In this document: positions 1 through 9,455 of the stretch, in pieces
Numbering within the stretch: position 1 is the first letter of the stretch
Layout: each line of letters starts with the position of its first letter
NCBI GenBank assembly: GCA_044225205.1
Contig: JBGAIY010000064.1
Location: 1-23,941 of the forward strand
Source: Myxococcaceae bacterium
GTDB taxonomy: Bacteria; Myxococcota; Myxococcia; Myxococcales; Myxococcaceae
DNA length: 23,941 nucleotides
Direction: 5' to 3'
Program-made: the position numbers and the translations under genes
Notes under the pieces: generated by a model
The model's input: only the letters and a program-made list of their open reading frames with translations
The model's database searches: none
Told to the model about the DNA's origin: nothing

Positions 1-1
1 G

Positions 2-1336
2 CGGGGTTGGGTTCGCACCCGCCGCGACTCCAAAGCCGGGATTTCATTCGTCAATGTGACCGACGGGAGCTGCCAAGACCCGATTCAGGTCGTCGCCCCC
101 AACACGTTGGCCAACTATCAGTCGCAGGTGTTGCACCTCACGGCTGGCGCTTCGGTCGTGGCCCGCGGCACGCTCGTGCAGTCGCAAGGCAAGGGCCAGT
201 CGATGGAGATTCAAGCCGACGAGGTGGTCGTCTTGGGCCTGGTCGACGACCCCGAGACCTACCCCATTCAGCCCAAGCAGCATTCGCTCGAATTCTTGCG
301 CGAAGTGGCCCACTTGCGGCCCCGCACGAACACCTTCGGCGCCGTGGCCCGCGTGCGCCACCACGCCGCCCAAGCGATTCACCGCTTCTTTCACGAAGAG
401 GGCTTCTTCTGGGTCAACACGCCCATCATCACCGCGAGCGACGCCGAGGGCGCGGGCCAAATGTTTCGAGTCTCGACGCTCGACCTGGCGAACTTGCCCC
501 GCGACGAGCACGGCAAAATCGCCTGGGCCCAAGACTTCTTCGGCAAAGAGGCCTACCTCACCGTGTCGGGGCAGTTGAACGTCGAGGCGTACTGCATGGC
601 GCTCTCGAAGGTGTACACGTTCGGGCCGACCTTTCGCGCCGAGAACTCGAACACGACCCGGCACCTCGCCGAATTTTGGATGATCGAGCCCGAGCTCGCG
701 TTCGCCGACCTGAACGACGACGCGAACCTCGCCGAGCGGTTTCTCAAGTACATTTTCAAAGCGATTTTGAACGAGCGCCTCGACGACCTGAAATTCTTCG
801 AAGAACGGGTGCAAAAAGGCGTCATCGCGCGGCTCGAGACGTTCGTGAATTCGAACTTCGAACGGCTCGACTACACCCAAGCCATCGACGTGCTCAAAAA
901 GTCGGGCAAGAAGTTCGAGTATGCCCCTGAATGGGGCAAAGACCTGCAGACCGAACACGAGCGGTACTTGACCGAGGAGCACGTCGGCCGCCCGGTCGTG
1001 GTGATGAACTACCCCGAGCAAATCAAAGCGTTCTACATGCGCATGAACGACGACGGCAAAACCGTCGCCGCGATGGACGTGCTGGCCCCCGGCATTGGCG
1101 AAATCATCGGCGGTTCGCAGCGTGAAGAGCGGCTCGACTTGCTCGACGCTCGCATGCGCAAAATGAACCTCGACCCGGCGCACTACGGCTGGTACCGCGA
1201 CCTGCGTCGCTACGGCACCGTGCCGCACGCTGGCTTCGGCTTGGGCTTCGAGCGGCTCATCGTTTACCTCTGCGGGCTGCAGAACATTCGCGACGCGATA
1301 CCGTACCCGCGCGTGCCGGGCTGGGCTCAGTTTTGA
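2..1336 (+). CDS. asnS: Asparaginyl-tRNA synthetase, 5'-truncated at the window edge (about 20 aa missing)
   Basis: Frame-2 translation from nt 2 gives ...[30 protein letters not shown]..., colinear with bacterial AsnS. Class II motifs [19 protein letters not shown] and GFGLGFERL are present. Stop is TGA at 1334-1336. Confidence 0.93.
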   Translation, partial: RGWVRTRRDSKAGISFVNVTDGSCQDPIQVVAPNTLANYQSQVLHLTAGASVVARGTLVQSQGKGQSMEIQADEVVVLGLVDDPETYPIQPKQHSLEFLREVAHLRPRTNTFGAVARVRHHAAQAIHRFFHEEGFFWVNTPIITASDAEGAGQMFRVSTLDLANLPRDEHGKIAWAQDFFGKEAYLTVSGQLNVEAYCMALSKVYTFGPTFRAENSNTTRHLAEFWMIEPELAFADLNDDANLAERFLKYIFKAILNERLDDLKFFEERVQKGVIARLETFVNSNFERLDYTQAIDVLKKSGKKFEYAPEWGKDLQTEHERYLTEEHVGRPVVVMNYPEQIKAFYMRMNDDGKTVAAMDVLAPGIGEIIGGSQREERLDLLDARMRKMNLDPAHYGWYRDLRRYGTVPHAGFGLGFERLIVYLCGLQNIRDAIPYPRVPGWAQF

Positions 1337-1392
1337 CGCGTGTCGGCGGCCGGCGTTCGCGCGCCGGGCGGCTTTCGCCGAGACTGCCGGCC

Positions 1393-2973
1393 ATGGCCCA
1401 CGTTCGATGGTCGCTCGTCGCACCCGCGTTGCTGTCGTGCGCGTTGCTGTCGTGCAACGCGGTCGACCTGGGGCGGGTGGAGGCGTTTGCGTGCGCCGCC
1501 GACAACGCTTGCCCCAAAGGCACCACGTGCTGCGCCGACCAGCTGTGCCGCGCCGCGTGCGGTCGCGACGCCGGCAACAGCGGCTTTGACGGAGGCTTCG
1601 ACGCGGGTGACGACGGCGGCTCGGCCGTCGACGGAGGGGGCCATGATGGTGGCGGGGTGGGGCTCGACGGCGGCTCCTGTGAGCCGGGTGGCGCTTGCTT
1701 CACCAACCCCGGCGCCCCGTGCACCGCAGGGGTGGCCAGCTGCGGCGAATTCGGCGTCACCTGTGCCGACGCGCCCGACGCCTCGCTCGACGGTGTGGCG
1801 TGCAATGGCGTCGGTATTTGTTCGGGCGGTCAGTGCGTCACTTGCTTCGACGGAGGGGTGTGCAACACCAACCCCAACCGGTGTCGTTCGGGCTCCGTTT
1901 CGTGCGGTACGCCGCCCAACACCTGTGCCGACAGCTCGATGATCATTCTGGGCGCCGGCTCGGCGTGCGGCCCTGGGCGGGTGTGCAGCCCGAGCGGCAA
2001 CTGCGAGACCTGCGACGCGGGCGCCGCGTGCTCGAACTCCAACAGTTGCAAAACCGGAGTCGTTTCGTGCACTTCGGGCGTTCCCGTGTGCTCCGACGGC
2101 GTCAACCGCGATGCGGGCGTGCCCTGCGGCGATGCCGGGGTGTGCTCGGGGAGCGGTACATGCAACGAGTGCAACCCTGGCGTCGCTTGTTCGAGCAACC
2201 CGAACAAGTGCTACCTGGGCCAAGTGGCGTGCCCCGGGTCGACCTGCGTCAACGGGGTCGCGGCTTCGCTGGGTACGCCGTGCGCGGGTGGCTTCTGCAG
2301 CAGCGGCACCTGCGTCGCGTGCAGTCTGGGCGCGGCGTGCAACACCAACCCTGGAGCGCCGTGCATGACCGGCGTCTACGCCCGCTCGGGCACGACCTGC
2401 GCCTGCGTCGACAACGCCGCGGTGCCGAACAGCACCGCCTGCACGGGCGGCTTCTGCTGGGCGGGGGCGTGCGTGGCGTGCGCCGCCGGTACGGCCTGCA
2501 CGCCAGCGGCGTGTCGGGTGGGCCAATACGTCTTCAATGCCACCAATGGCTCATGCACCTGCCAGCAGACGGGCAACGTGGCCAACGGCACCAAGTGCTC
2601 GCTCGGCACCTGCGTGGGAGGGGCGTGCTGCGACGGGTGTACCAGCGCCGACCGAAACACGTGCCTCGCGGGCACGTCGGTCGACAGCTGCGGCGCCGCC
2701 GGAGCCGTGTGCGCGAACTGCACCACCGCTCCGGTCTATTCAGCGTGCACCTACGCGGCCGTGTGCACGACCACGGGCAGCCGCATTCGCACCGACGGCG
2801 TTTGCACGAGCAGCAACACGTGTGGCACGGCCGATACCCTTGTCACGCCAGACCCCGCGTGCGACCGGGTCACCACCGGCAACGTGTGTTCGAACGGGTG
2901 CGGCAACCTGCAGTGCGGCGCCAAGTGCGGCACGACCGGGCTGTGCAACGTGGCTTGCGGGGGAGCCTGTTGA
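1393..2973 (+). CDS. Secreted Cys-rich tandem-repeat lipoprotein (six ~50-aa 8-Cys modules)
   Basis: ATG at 1393 gives MAHVRWSLVAPALLSCALLSC, a signal peptide with a duplicated LLSC lipobox. An ORF-table start at 1333 would overlap the asnS stop and is less likely. A Gly/Asp linker is followed by repeated CxxNPxxCxxGxxxC...CGxGxCxxGxCxxC units. Confidence 0.72.
   Translation: MAHVRWSLVAPALLSCALLSCNAVDLGRVEAFACAADNACPKGTTCCADQLCRAACGRDAGNSGFDGGFDAGDDGGSAVDGGGHDGGGVGLDGGSCEPGGACFTNPGAPCTAGVASCGEFGVTCADAPDASLDGVACNGVGICSGGQCVTCFDGGVCNTNPNRCRSGSVSCGTPPNTCADSSMIILGAGSACGPGRVCSPSGNCETCDAGAACSNSNSCKTGVVSCTSGVPVCSDGVNRDAGVPCGDAGVCSGSGTCNECNPGVACSSNPNKCYLGQVACPGSTCVNGVAASLGTPCAGGFCSSGTCVACSLGAACNTNPGAPCMTGVYARSGTTCACVDNAAVPNSTACTGGFCWAGACVACAAGTACTPAACRVGQYVFNATNGSCTCQQTGNVANGTKCSLGTCVGGACCDGCTSADRNTCLAGTSVDSCGAAGAVCANCTTAPVYSACTYAAVCTTTGSRIRTDGVCTSSNTCGTADTLVTPDPACDRVTTGNVCSNGCGNLQCGAKCGTTGLCNVACGGAC
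1678..2640 (+). repeat. Protein-level tandem repeat region: about six units of an 8-Cys ~50-aa module inside the Cys-rich lipoprotein (approximate bounds)
   Basis: Repeated pattern C..G..C.TNP..C..G...C......C.D......G..CG.G.C..G.C..C read directly from the translation. Units have diverged at the DNA level. Confidence 0.6.
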
Positions 2974-3102
2974 GCGCAGACCGGTTCACCCACGAGGCCG
3001 GGCGCCAGGCGGTCGTCGCTCGTCAAGTGGCGACCGAGCCGAGGTGACGGCGGGGCGCTTTCAAAAGACAAGCGCGCCGAGTCGTGGTGAATACGGTTCG
3101 CC

Positions 3103-4464
3103 GTGAGTGACGACCTCGAAGACGCGCTGCAAGAACTCGAAGCTGGCGGAGAGTCGCCGGTGTACCTCGTCGTCGGCGAAGAGTTTCTCGTGCGCAAAGC
3201 GGCTGAAACGCTGCTCGCCAAGTTGGTGCCCGGTGGTTCGGCCGACCTGAACCTCGTCACGATGGACGGCGCGTCGCCCCGCGACATCGCGTCTGAATTG
3301 GCGACGCTGCCCATGTTCGGCGGGCGCAAGGTCGTCTTCGCGCGAGACCCCGAATTTCTCGCCCCGAAAAAGGGCCGGGTCGACGCGCTGGGCCGCGCCC
3401 GCGACGCGTGGAAAGCGAACCGCAAGAAAGAGGCGGCGCGGCGGGTGCTGGCGCTCGCGGCGAGAGCGGGGTGGGGAGCCGGCGACCTCGACCCCGGTCG
3501 CGAAGGCGCCCCGAAGCCCGACGACTGGGAGCGCGAGCTGGGCATTCAGCTCGCCGAGCTCGACGTCGCTTTCTTGAAAGAAATTTCGGCGTTTTGCGTG
3601 AGCGAAGGCATCACCGCGCCGTCGAGCGACGACACCGTCTTGAGCGAATGGCTCTCGAAGAAGCCCGCGAAAGGGCAGGTGCTGGTCATCGCCGCGACCG
3701 AATTCGAAGCGAAGAACGCGTTCATCAAGTTGGTCAAAGACGAGGCGCGGTTTCTCGAGTTCAAGGTCGCCTCGAAGCTCAAAGACCTCGACCTGACCCA
3801 GTTCGTGGCCGAGACGCTCGAACCGTACAAGAAGAAGCTCGGCGCCGGCGCGCTCGACGTGCTCAAAGAACGGGTGGGCGGCAACTTTCGGTTGCTCCAG
3901 TCTGAATTGACGAAGCTCGCGCTGCACGCCGACGGGGCGACCATCACCGTCAAAGACATTGAGCTTCTGGTCGGCCACGCCCGCGAAGACGAATACTTCG
4001 AGTTGTCAGACGCGATTCAAAAGCGAAACTACGAAGCGGCCATGAAGTACGTCGAAGACGCGCTGGCCCAGGGCGGGCACCCGCTCATGATGCTCGGGTC
4101 GGTCGCCGGCATCGTTCGCAATTTGCTCATGAGTTACGAGCGCATGATGCAGCTGTCGGGCGGTAAACCGCCCCGCAACTACAACGACTTTCAAGCCCGG
4201 CTGTGGCCCAAAATCGAAGCCGAGACCAAAGCCGCCAAGGCCAAGTTGCCGCACCCGTACGCCGCCTTCATGGGCATGCAGTCGGCGGTGGGCTACGGGC
4301 GTCAGGAGCTGCTCCGGGGGCTCGTCAGTTGTGCCGAAGCCGACCTGGCGCTCAAGCTCGGTGGCGGCGAACTCGTGCTTGAACGCCTCGTGTGGACCTT
4401 GTGTGGCAAAGCCCCCGCGTGGGACTCGGGCATGCACGTGATTCGACGCGAAAACGAGCGGTAA
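3103..4464 (+). CDS. holA: DNA polymerase III delta subunit (HolA), GTG start, with a ~100-aa insertion relative to the E. coli protein
   Basis: C-terminal region ELTKLALHADGATITVKDIELLVGHAREDEYFELSDAIQK...GGHPLMMLGSVAGIVRNLL matches the HolA clamp-loader delta fold. N-terminal VYLVVGEEFLV matches too. The gene lies next to metG-tatD, a conserved neighbourhood. Confidence 0.82.
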   Translation: MSDDLEDALQELEAGGESPVYLVVGEEFLVRKAAETLLAKLVPGGSADLNLVTMDGASPRDIASELATLPMFGGRKVVFARDPEFLAPKKGRVDALGRARDAWKANRKKEAARRVLALAARAGWGAGDLDPGREGAPKPDDWERELGIQLAELDVAFLKEISAFCVSEGITAPSSDDTVLSEWLSKKPAKGQVLVIAATEFEAKNAFIKLVKDEARFLEFKVASKLKDLDLTQFVAETLEPYKKKLGAGALDVLKERVGGNFRLLQSELTKLALHADGATITVKDIELLVGHAREDEYFELSDAIQKRNYEAAMKYVEDALAQGGHPLMMLGSVAGIVRNLLMSYERMMQLSGGKPPRNYNDFQARLWPKIEAETKAAKAKLPHPYAAFMGMQSAVGYGRQELLRGLVSCAEADLALKLGGGELVLERLVWTLCGKAPAWDSGMHVIRRENER

Positions 4465-4489
4465 CCCTTTTGTTTGGTGGCCTTGCAAG

Positions 4490-6562
4490 ATGACGACGAA
4501 GACGACGAAGAAAACGCTTTTGACCTGTGCCTTGCCGTACGCGAACGGCCCCATTCACTTGGGCCACATGGTCGAGCACATTCAGGCCGACGTGTACGTG
4601 CGGTTTCGCAAGTCGTGCGGTGACGACATCACCTTTGTTTGCGCCGACGACACCCACGGCTCGCCGATTGAGTTGGCCGCGCTCAAAGCGAACGTCGCTC
4701 CCGAGGCCTACGTCGCGAAAATCTCCGTCGACCACCAGAAAGACTTCGCCGACTTTCAAATTGGCTTCGACCATTACGGCTCGACCAATTCTGAAGAGAA
4801 CCGGCACTACGCCGAATTGATCTACGGCCGGGCGAAAGAAGCTGGGTCGATTGGCAAAAAAGAAGTCGAGCAGCCCTACGACGCGAAGATGGGGCGTTGG
4901 CTCTCAGACCGGTTCATTCGCGGCACCTGCCCCAACTGCAAGTCACCCGACCAGTACGGCGACGCGTGCGAAAAGTGCCTCAAGACGTATTCTCCGCGCG
5001 AGCTCATCGACCCGCGGTCGGCGTTGTCGGGAGAACCCCTGGAGTGGAAGAAGTCGTCGCATGCGTTCTTCTTGCTCTCGAAGCACGCCGACTTCTTGAA
5101 AGGCGTCATCGCCAACGCCGACTTCATGAACCCCGGGCCGGCGGCCCAGCTCGGGCAGTTTTTCGACAAAGGCCTCGCCGATTGGGACATCACCCGCGAC
5201 GGGCCGTACTTCGGCTTCAAAATACCGGGCGAAGACAACCAGTATTTCTACGTGTGGCTCGACGCGCCCATCGGCTACATCGCGTCGACCGAGCAGTGGG
5301 CCAAGAAGACGGGGCGGGCCAAGAGCGCGCTCGACTATTGGGCCGAAGACGCCGACGCCGACGTGATTCACGTCATCGGCAAAGACATTGTCTACTTTCA
5401 CTGTCTGTTCTGGCCGGCGGTGCTCAAGGTCGCGAAGCTCAAACAACCCAAGCACGTGCACATTCACGGTCACCTGACGGTGAACGGCGAGAAAATGTCG
5501 AAGTCGCGGGGCACGTTCATCAACGCGAGGCCGTACCTCGACGTGCTCGACCCGAACTACCTGCGGTTTTACTACGCGTCGCTCCTCGGCCCCGGCCCCG
5601 AAGACCTCGACTTCGACTTGACGACGTTTCGCGAGCGGGTCAACGCCGAGTTGGTCAACAACTTGGGCAATTTGGCGAACCGCACGTTGTCGCTGTTGGG
5701 CCGCCCCGAATTGGGCAAGCGCTTGGCGACCGCGCCGACCGAGCGGGGGGCCGCGTTGGTCAACGGCGCCCTGGCCCGCGTGCCCGAAATTCGCGAAGCG
5801 TTCTCGAAGTTCGACCACCGCACCGCGGTCAAAGCGATTCTCGAAATTGGCCAGAGCGCGAACCAGTTCTTGACCGAATTCGAGCCGTGGAAGGTGCTCA
5901 AGAAAGACGTCGAGGCCGCACGGGTGGCGCTGACCGAAGCGGCCGAAATCGTTCACCTGTTGACCGCGTTGCTCGACCCGATCGTGCCGGAGTTGGCGGC
6001 GAAATTGGCGACGCAGCTCAACGCGCCGAAGTTGACCTTTCGCCAGCTCGAAACCGCGAAGTACCCGCTGCTTGACCGGCAGCGACCCATCGGTGACGCG
6101 TCGCCGCTCATCAACCGCCTCGAGGCCGACCAGGTGGCGAAGCTGATTGTCGCACCCGCGACCCCGGCCGTCACCGCGGCGGCGCCCAGCACGCCCGCGG
6201 CGAAGAAGCCGGCCGAAGCACCGGTGGGGCCACCGCCCGAAATCGAGTACGGCGACTTCGCCAAGGTGTCGCTGCGTGCGGGCAAGGTGCTCGCCGCCGA
6301 GAAGGTGCCCAAAGCCGACAAGCTGTTGAAGCTCAGCATTGACTTGGGTGAAGGCAGCCCGCGCACCATTGTCTCGGGCATCGCCGAGGCGTACGCGCCC
6401 GAGGCCCTGGTCGGCAAAAACGTGGTGGTGGTGGCGAACTTGAAGCCGCGCGCGCTCAAAGGCATTGAGTCGCGCGGCATGATTTTGACCGCCGGCAGCG
6501 GGGGCAAAGACCTCGTGTTGCTCGACCCGGGCAACGTGCCGCCGGGCGCGGAGGTGAAGTGA
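4490..6562 (+). CDS. metG: Methionyl-tRNA synthetase with a C-terminal tRNA-binding (EMAP/Trbp111-like) domain
   Basis: Contains HLGH (PIHLGHMVEH), KMSKS (EKMSKSRG), the zinc knuckle CPNCKSPDQYGDACEKC, and a C-terminal FAKVSLRAGKVLAAEKVPKADKLLKLSIDLGEG tRNA-binding fold. Confidence 0.96.
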   Translation: MTTKTTKKTLLTCALPYANGPIHLGHMVEHIQADVYVRFRKSCGDDITFVCADDTHGSPIELAALKANVAPEAYVAKISVDHQKDFADFQIGFDHYGSTNSEENRHYAELIYGRAKEAGSIGKKEVEQPYDAKMGRWLSDRFIRGTCPNCKSPDQYGDACEKCLKTYSPRELIDPRSALSGEPLEWKKSSHAFFLLSKHADFLKGVIANADFMNPGPAAQLGQFFDKGLADWDITRDGPYFGFKIPGEDNQYFYVWLDAPIGYIASTEQWAKKTGRAKSALDYWAEDADADVIHVIGKDIVYFHCLFWPAVLKVAKLKQPKHVHIHGHLTVNGEKMSKSRGTFINARPYLDVLDPNYLRFYYASLLGPGPEDLDFDLTTFRERVNAELVNNLGNLANRTLSLLGRPELGKRLATAPTERGAALVNGALARVPEIREAFSKFDHRTAVKAILEIGQSANQFLTEFEPWKVLKKDVEAARVALTEAAEIVHLLTALLDPIVPELAAKLATQLNAPKLTFRQLETAKYPLLDRQRPIGDASPLINRLEADQVAKLIVAPATPAVTAAAPSTPAAKKPAEAPVGPPPEIEYGDFAKVSLRAGKVLAAEKVPKADKLLKLSIDLGEGSPRTIVSGIAEAYAPEALVGKNVVVVANLKPRALKGIESRGMILTAGSGGKDLVLLDPGNVPPGAEVK

Positions 6563-7527
6563 GCGACTGGCGCGCTCAGCGTGACACCGCGTTGCTCGCG
6601 CTCGAGAGCGAGAAACGCGAATCGGCTCGGGTCGAGGCCGCGCTCACCGTGTGCGACCTGGCGCAAGACGTGTCAGACGCCGAGGTGGGCGAATTCGCGC
6701 CGGCGGTGGTGCGGTTGTTGGCCGACCGAAACCCCGAAGTGAAGTGCGCGGGTCTCGCGCTGGCGGTCGAAGTGTTGCCTCCCGACGAATCGAAAGAATT
6801 GCTCATTCGGCACGTCGCCGACCCGATGCCGCGCGTTCGGGTCGAAGCGGTGGGGCGGCTGGCCGACCACGCCTACCCCGACACGCGTGGGGTTTTCGCT
6901 TCGGCGCTCGACGATTCGGTGCAGAGCGTTCGGTTCGAAGCCGCGCGCGGCATGGTCGCGCTCAAACACCCCGCGGGCCTCGAGGTGCTGGTCGCGGCGC
7001 TCGACGACGTCGACCTGCGCTTTCGGGCCGCGGCCGCGCTGGCCCAGCTCGGTGACCGGGCGGCGGTGCCGGCGCTCAAGCGCGTCTTCGAAAAGTGGCT
7101 GTTGCCGCCGTTCGACCGCACGCAGCTCGCCGGGGCGTTGGCTCAATTGGGCGAAGCCGCCGGCGTCGAGCACTTGTTCAAGCGGGCCGGCAAGAAGTGG
7201 TCGGTCGACCGCGCCATGGCCATCGAGCTGCTCGGAGAGGTGAAAGCCCCCAAGGCCCGCGAGCGACTCGTCGACATTCTAAATGACCCGAAAGACCCGT
7301 GTCGCGGCGCGGCGGCGCGGGGGCTCGGGCGGTTGGGTGACGCGTCGGTCGAAGCGGTGCTCGTCGCTTCGCTCCAAAGCCAGTTGCACGACGACGAGCG
7401 TCTCGACGTGGCCGAAGGCCTGTTGCGGCTCGGCACCGACAGCGCGCGCGCCCACGTGACGACCTTGCGCCTCGAGTCAGACGCGGCCCGGGCCGAACTC
7501 GCCGACATGTTGGCGCCGCTCCCATGA
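6559..7527 (+). CDS. HEAT / PBS-lyase-like repeat protein
   Basis: GTG start overlaps the metG TGA (GTGA), and the stop overlaps the tatD ATG (ATGA). Repeated xVRxxAAxALxxLGD units appear (RVRVEAVGRLADH, VRFEAARGMVAL, LRFRAAAALAQLGD, RGAAARGLGRLGD). Confidence 0.8.
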   Translation: MSDWRAQRDTALLALESEKRESARVEAALTVCDLAQDVSDAEVGEFAPAVVRLLADRNPEVKCAGLALAVEVLPPDESKELLIRHVADPMPRVRVEAVGRLADHAYPDTRGVFASALDDSVQSVRFEAARGMVALKHPAGLEVLVAALDDVDLRFRAAAALAQLGDRAAVPALKRVFEKWLLPPFDRTQLAGALAQLGEAAGVEHLFKRAGKKWSVDRAMAIELLGEVKAPKARERLVDILNDPKDPCRGAAARGLGRLGDASVEAVLVASLQSQLHDDERLDVAEGLLRLGTDSARAHVTTLRLESDAARAELADMLAPLP

Positions 7528-8306
7528 TTCTCATCGATTCGCACTGTCACCTCGAACCCAAAGACTACCCGCTCGCCGACGAGCCCATTGCCCGCGCGCG
7601 CGAGAACGGGGTCGTGCACGCGGTGGTCGTCGGGCAATTTCACCAGCCGGGAGACTTCGGGCACGCCCTCGCGGTGGCCCGCGCGCACCCCGACTTCTTG
7701 ACGCCCACCATGGGCATTCACCCGCACGACGCCGCGAAGGCCACCCCGGCCGACTGGGCGAAGCTCGAGACCTTGTGCGCGCTGCCCGAGGTCAAAGCGG
7801 TGGGCGAAGCGGGGCTCGACTTTTACTACGAACATTCTCCTCGCGATGTTCAGGCCGAGGCGTTTCGCCGGCAGTGTCAGTTGGCGAAAGCGCTCGGCAA
7901 GCCGCTGGTTGTGCACGTTCGCGACGCGCACCCCGAATGCATTGACGTGCTGCGCAGCGAAGGCGTGCACGACGGCATGATTCACTGCTTCACCGGTGAC
8001 ACCGATCACGCGCGCGCGTACCTCGACCTGGGCTTCTATTTGAGCATCTCGGGCGTCGTGACCTACAAGAAGACCGAGCCATTGCAGGCCGCGGTGCGGT
8101 TCGCTCCGCTCGAGCGGCTCATGGTCGAAACCGACAGCCCGTACCTCGCGCCCGTGCCGTTTCGCGGCAAGCGCAACCAACCCGCCTACGTGGTCGAAAC
8201 CGCGAAGAAGATCGCCGAACTCCACGGCCAAGGCGCTGAGCTCGTGGCGCTGACCTGCGCGCGCAACTCGAAGCGGCTGCTCGGCCTTTCGGTCGAGCTG
8301 CCGTAG
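7524..8306 (+). CDS. tatD: TatD-family metal-dependent hydrolase (DNase)
   Basis: MILIDSHCHL..., GLDFYYE, VVHVRDAH, IHCFTGD and ETDSPYLAP are the canonical TatD motifs. The gene follows metG, as in many bacteria. Confidence 0.9.
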   Translation: MILIDSHCHLEPKDYPLADEPIARARENGVVHAVVVGQFHQPGDFGHALAVARAHPDFLTPTMGIHPHDAAKATPADWAKLETLCALPEVKAVGEAGLDFYYEHSPRDVQAEAFRRQCQLAKALGKPLVVHVRDAHPECIDVLRSEGVHDGMIHCFTGDTDHARAYLDLGFYLSISGVVTYKKTEPLQAAVRFAPLERLMVETDSPYLAPVPFRGKRNQPAYVVETAKKIAELHGQGAELVALTCARNSKRLLGLSVELP

Positions 8307-8318
8307 CGACCGCCCGAC

Positions 8319-8681
8319 CTACCCCGGGCGCGACCCGACTTCGATGAGCACCTCGCCCGGTGCATGCAGGCAGAACATCGTGCCGCGGTTGTTGGTGCTG
8401 ACGGGGCCCACGGCGACCCCGGCGGCGGTCAACGCAGTGTGCTTGCCCACGACGTCGCCTGGCGTCGGCAGCAAAAAACCGACATGAAACCCCGACGGGT
8501 AGCGCTCGTCGGGCGGCCGTTGCTGCACCACCAAGGTGAAGGGCCCGGGGCCGCGCAAAATGGCCATGGCCGGAGATTGGCGATTGGTGCTGACCCACTC
8601 GAAGCCGAAGTGGTCGACGAAGAACGCCGCCGTCAGGGTGACGTGCGGTACCTGCAAGTCAACGTGGTTGAGAACGAACAT
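8319..8681 (-). CDS. VOC / glyoxalase-bleomycin-resistance family protein (~120 aa)
   Basis: The internal start MFVLNHVDLQVPHVTLTAAFFVDHFGFEW fits the VOC N-terminus, with a GAGGT Shine-Dalgarno 6 nt upstream. The longer 8849 start offered in the ORF track adds a non-homologous extension. Confidence 0.72.
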   Translation of the reverse strand: MFVLNHVDLQVPHVTLTAAFFVDHFGFEWVSTNRQSPAMAILRGPGPFTLVVQQRPPDERYPSGFHVGFLLPTPGDVVGKHTALTAAGVAVGPVSTNNRGTMFCLHAPGEVLIEVGSRPG

Positions 8682-8882
8682 GGTGAACCTCGCAATTCGG
8701 GCACACGGGCCCGACTTGCCGCGGGTACTCACTCGACCTTGCTCCGTCGAGGGTACAGGGTTCCCACCATGGGAGTGACTGGGGCTCACCAAAACCAGTC
8801 GGCCTTTTCCGGCGGGCGGGAGCTTACCCTGTTGCATCACTGCGTGCACTTGGCGAAGGTGGGCTGGGCCGTGGGGGCGTTC

Positions 8883-9434
8883 ATGCGAAGAGCGTTTTGT
8901 TCATGTGTTGGGGTGCTGGCCCTGGTCGGTTGCGGTCGCACCGGGCTTTCTGACGACGGGCGTGACGACCCGACGCCATTGCCCGTGACGACGCGTGCCG
9001 AGCCGCTGTTCGTCGCGAAGGGGGGCCCCTGCCCGACCAAGGGGGTTGAAGCCGACCTGAAGCCGACCGACTCTTCAGACCGGCTCGTGTTGATTGAAAC
9101 GACGAGCGTCTACGAATGCACCGACGTGAGCGGCGAGTACTTGGTGGGCCTCGAAGTGGGGACCCCCAAGCGAGCGTGGGTCGGCGACCACGGTTGCTAC
9201 TTCATCAGTGAAGCGTTCGGCAGAACGCACCCGCTGTCACAAGGCCCGAGTGAGCGCTGGTGGGGTGTGGCCAGGTTTCGTCAAACCGCAGCGTGGTTTG
9301 TGGCGCCCACTGGGGTGTGCACCACGCCGGTCGACGGGCTCGAGGGCGTCGGCACCGACTCGCGCTCGGTCGCTTGGGCGGTCTACGGCAGCGAAGCGGC
9401 GGCGCGTTCTGCGTTCGCGGCGCTCAAACCGTGA
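8883..9434 (+). CDS. Small lipoprotein, no recognised family
   Basis: MRRAFCSCVGVLALVGCGRTG... is a signal peptide with an LVGC lipobox. A GGGGG Shine-Dalgarno precedes it. Transcription is divergent from the VOC gene. Confidence 0.55.
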   Translation: MRRAFCSCVGVLALVGCGRTGLSDDGRDDPTPLPVTTRAEPLFVAKGGPCPTKGVEADLKPTDSSDRLVLIETTSVYECTDVSGEYLVGLEVGTPKRAWVGDHGCYFISEAFGRTHPLSQGPSERWWGVARFRQTAAWFVAPTGVCTTPVDGLEGVGTDSRSVAWAVYGSEAAARSAFAALKP

Positions 9435-9455
9435 GCGCCGGCCTCTGGCGGGCGC

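Noticed and set aside
44-1423. 459-aa ORF antisense to asnS, and the other overlapping ORFs at 7-930 and 553-825
   Set aside because: It is a mirror ORF of a confidently assigned AsnS gene. Its composition is the Arg/Ala/Val-rich bias typical of the antisense of high-GC coding DNA, and it has no motifs.
1327-3047. Multiple long ORFs (1327-2526 -, 1340-1942 +, 1695-3047 +) overlapping the Cys-rich repeat gene
   Set aside because: These are alternative-frame or antisense products that are Arg/Ala/Pro-rich low complexity. Only the frame with a signal peptide and the periodic Cys pattern is biologically coherent.
3061-3978. 305-aa minus-strand ORF opposite holA
   Set aside because: It is antisense to holA with no motifs. 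It is a typical GC-rich mirror ORF.
7143-8231. 362-aa minus-strand ORF opposite tatD
   Set aside because: It is antisense to a canonical TatD gene.
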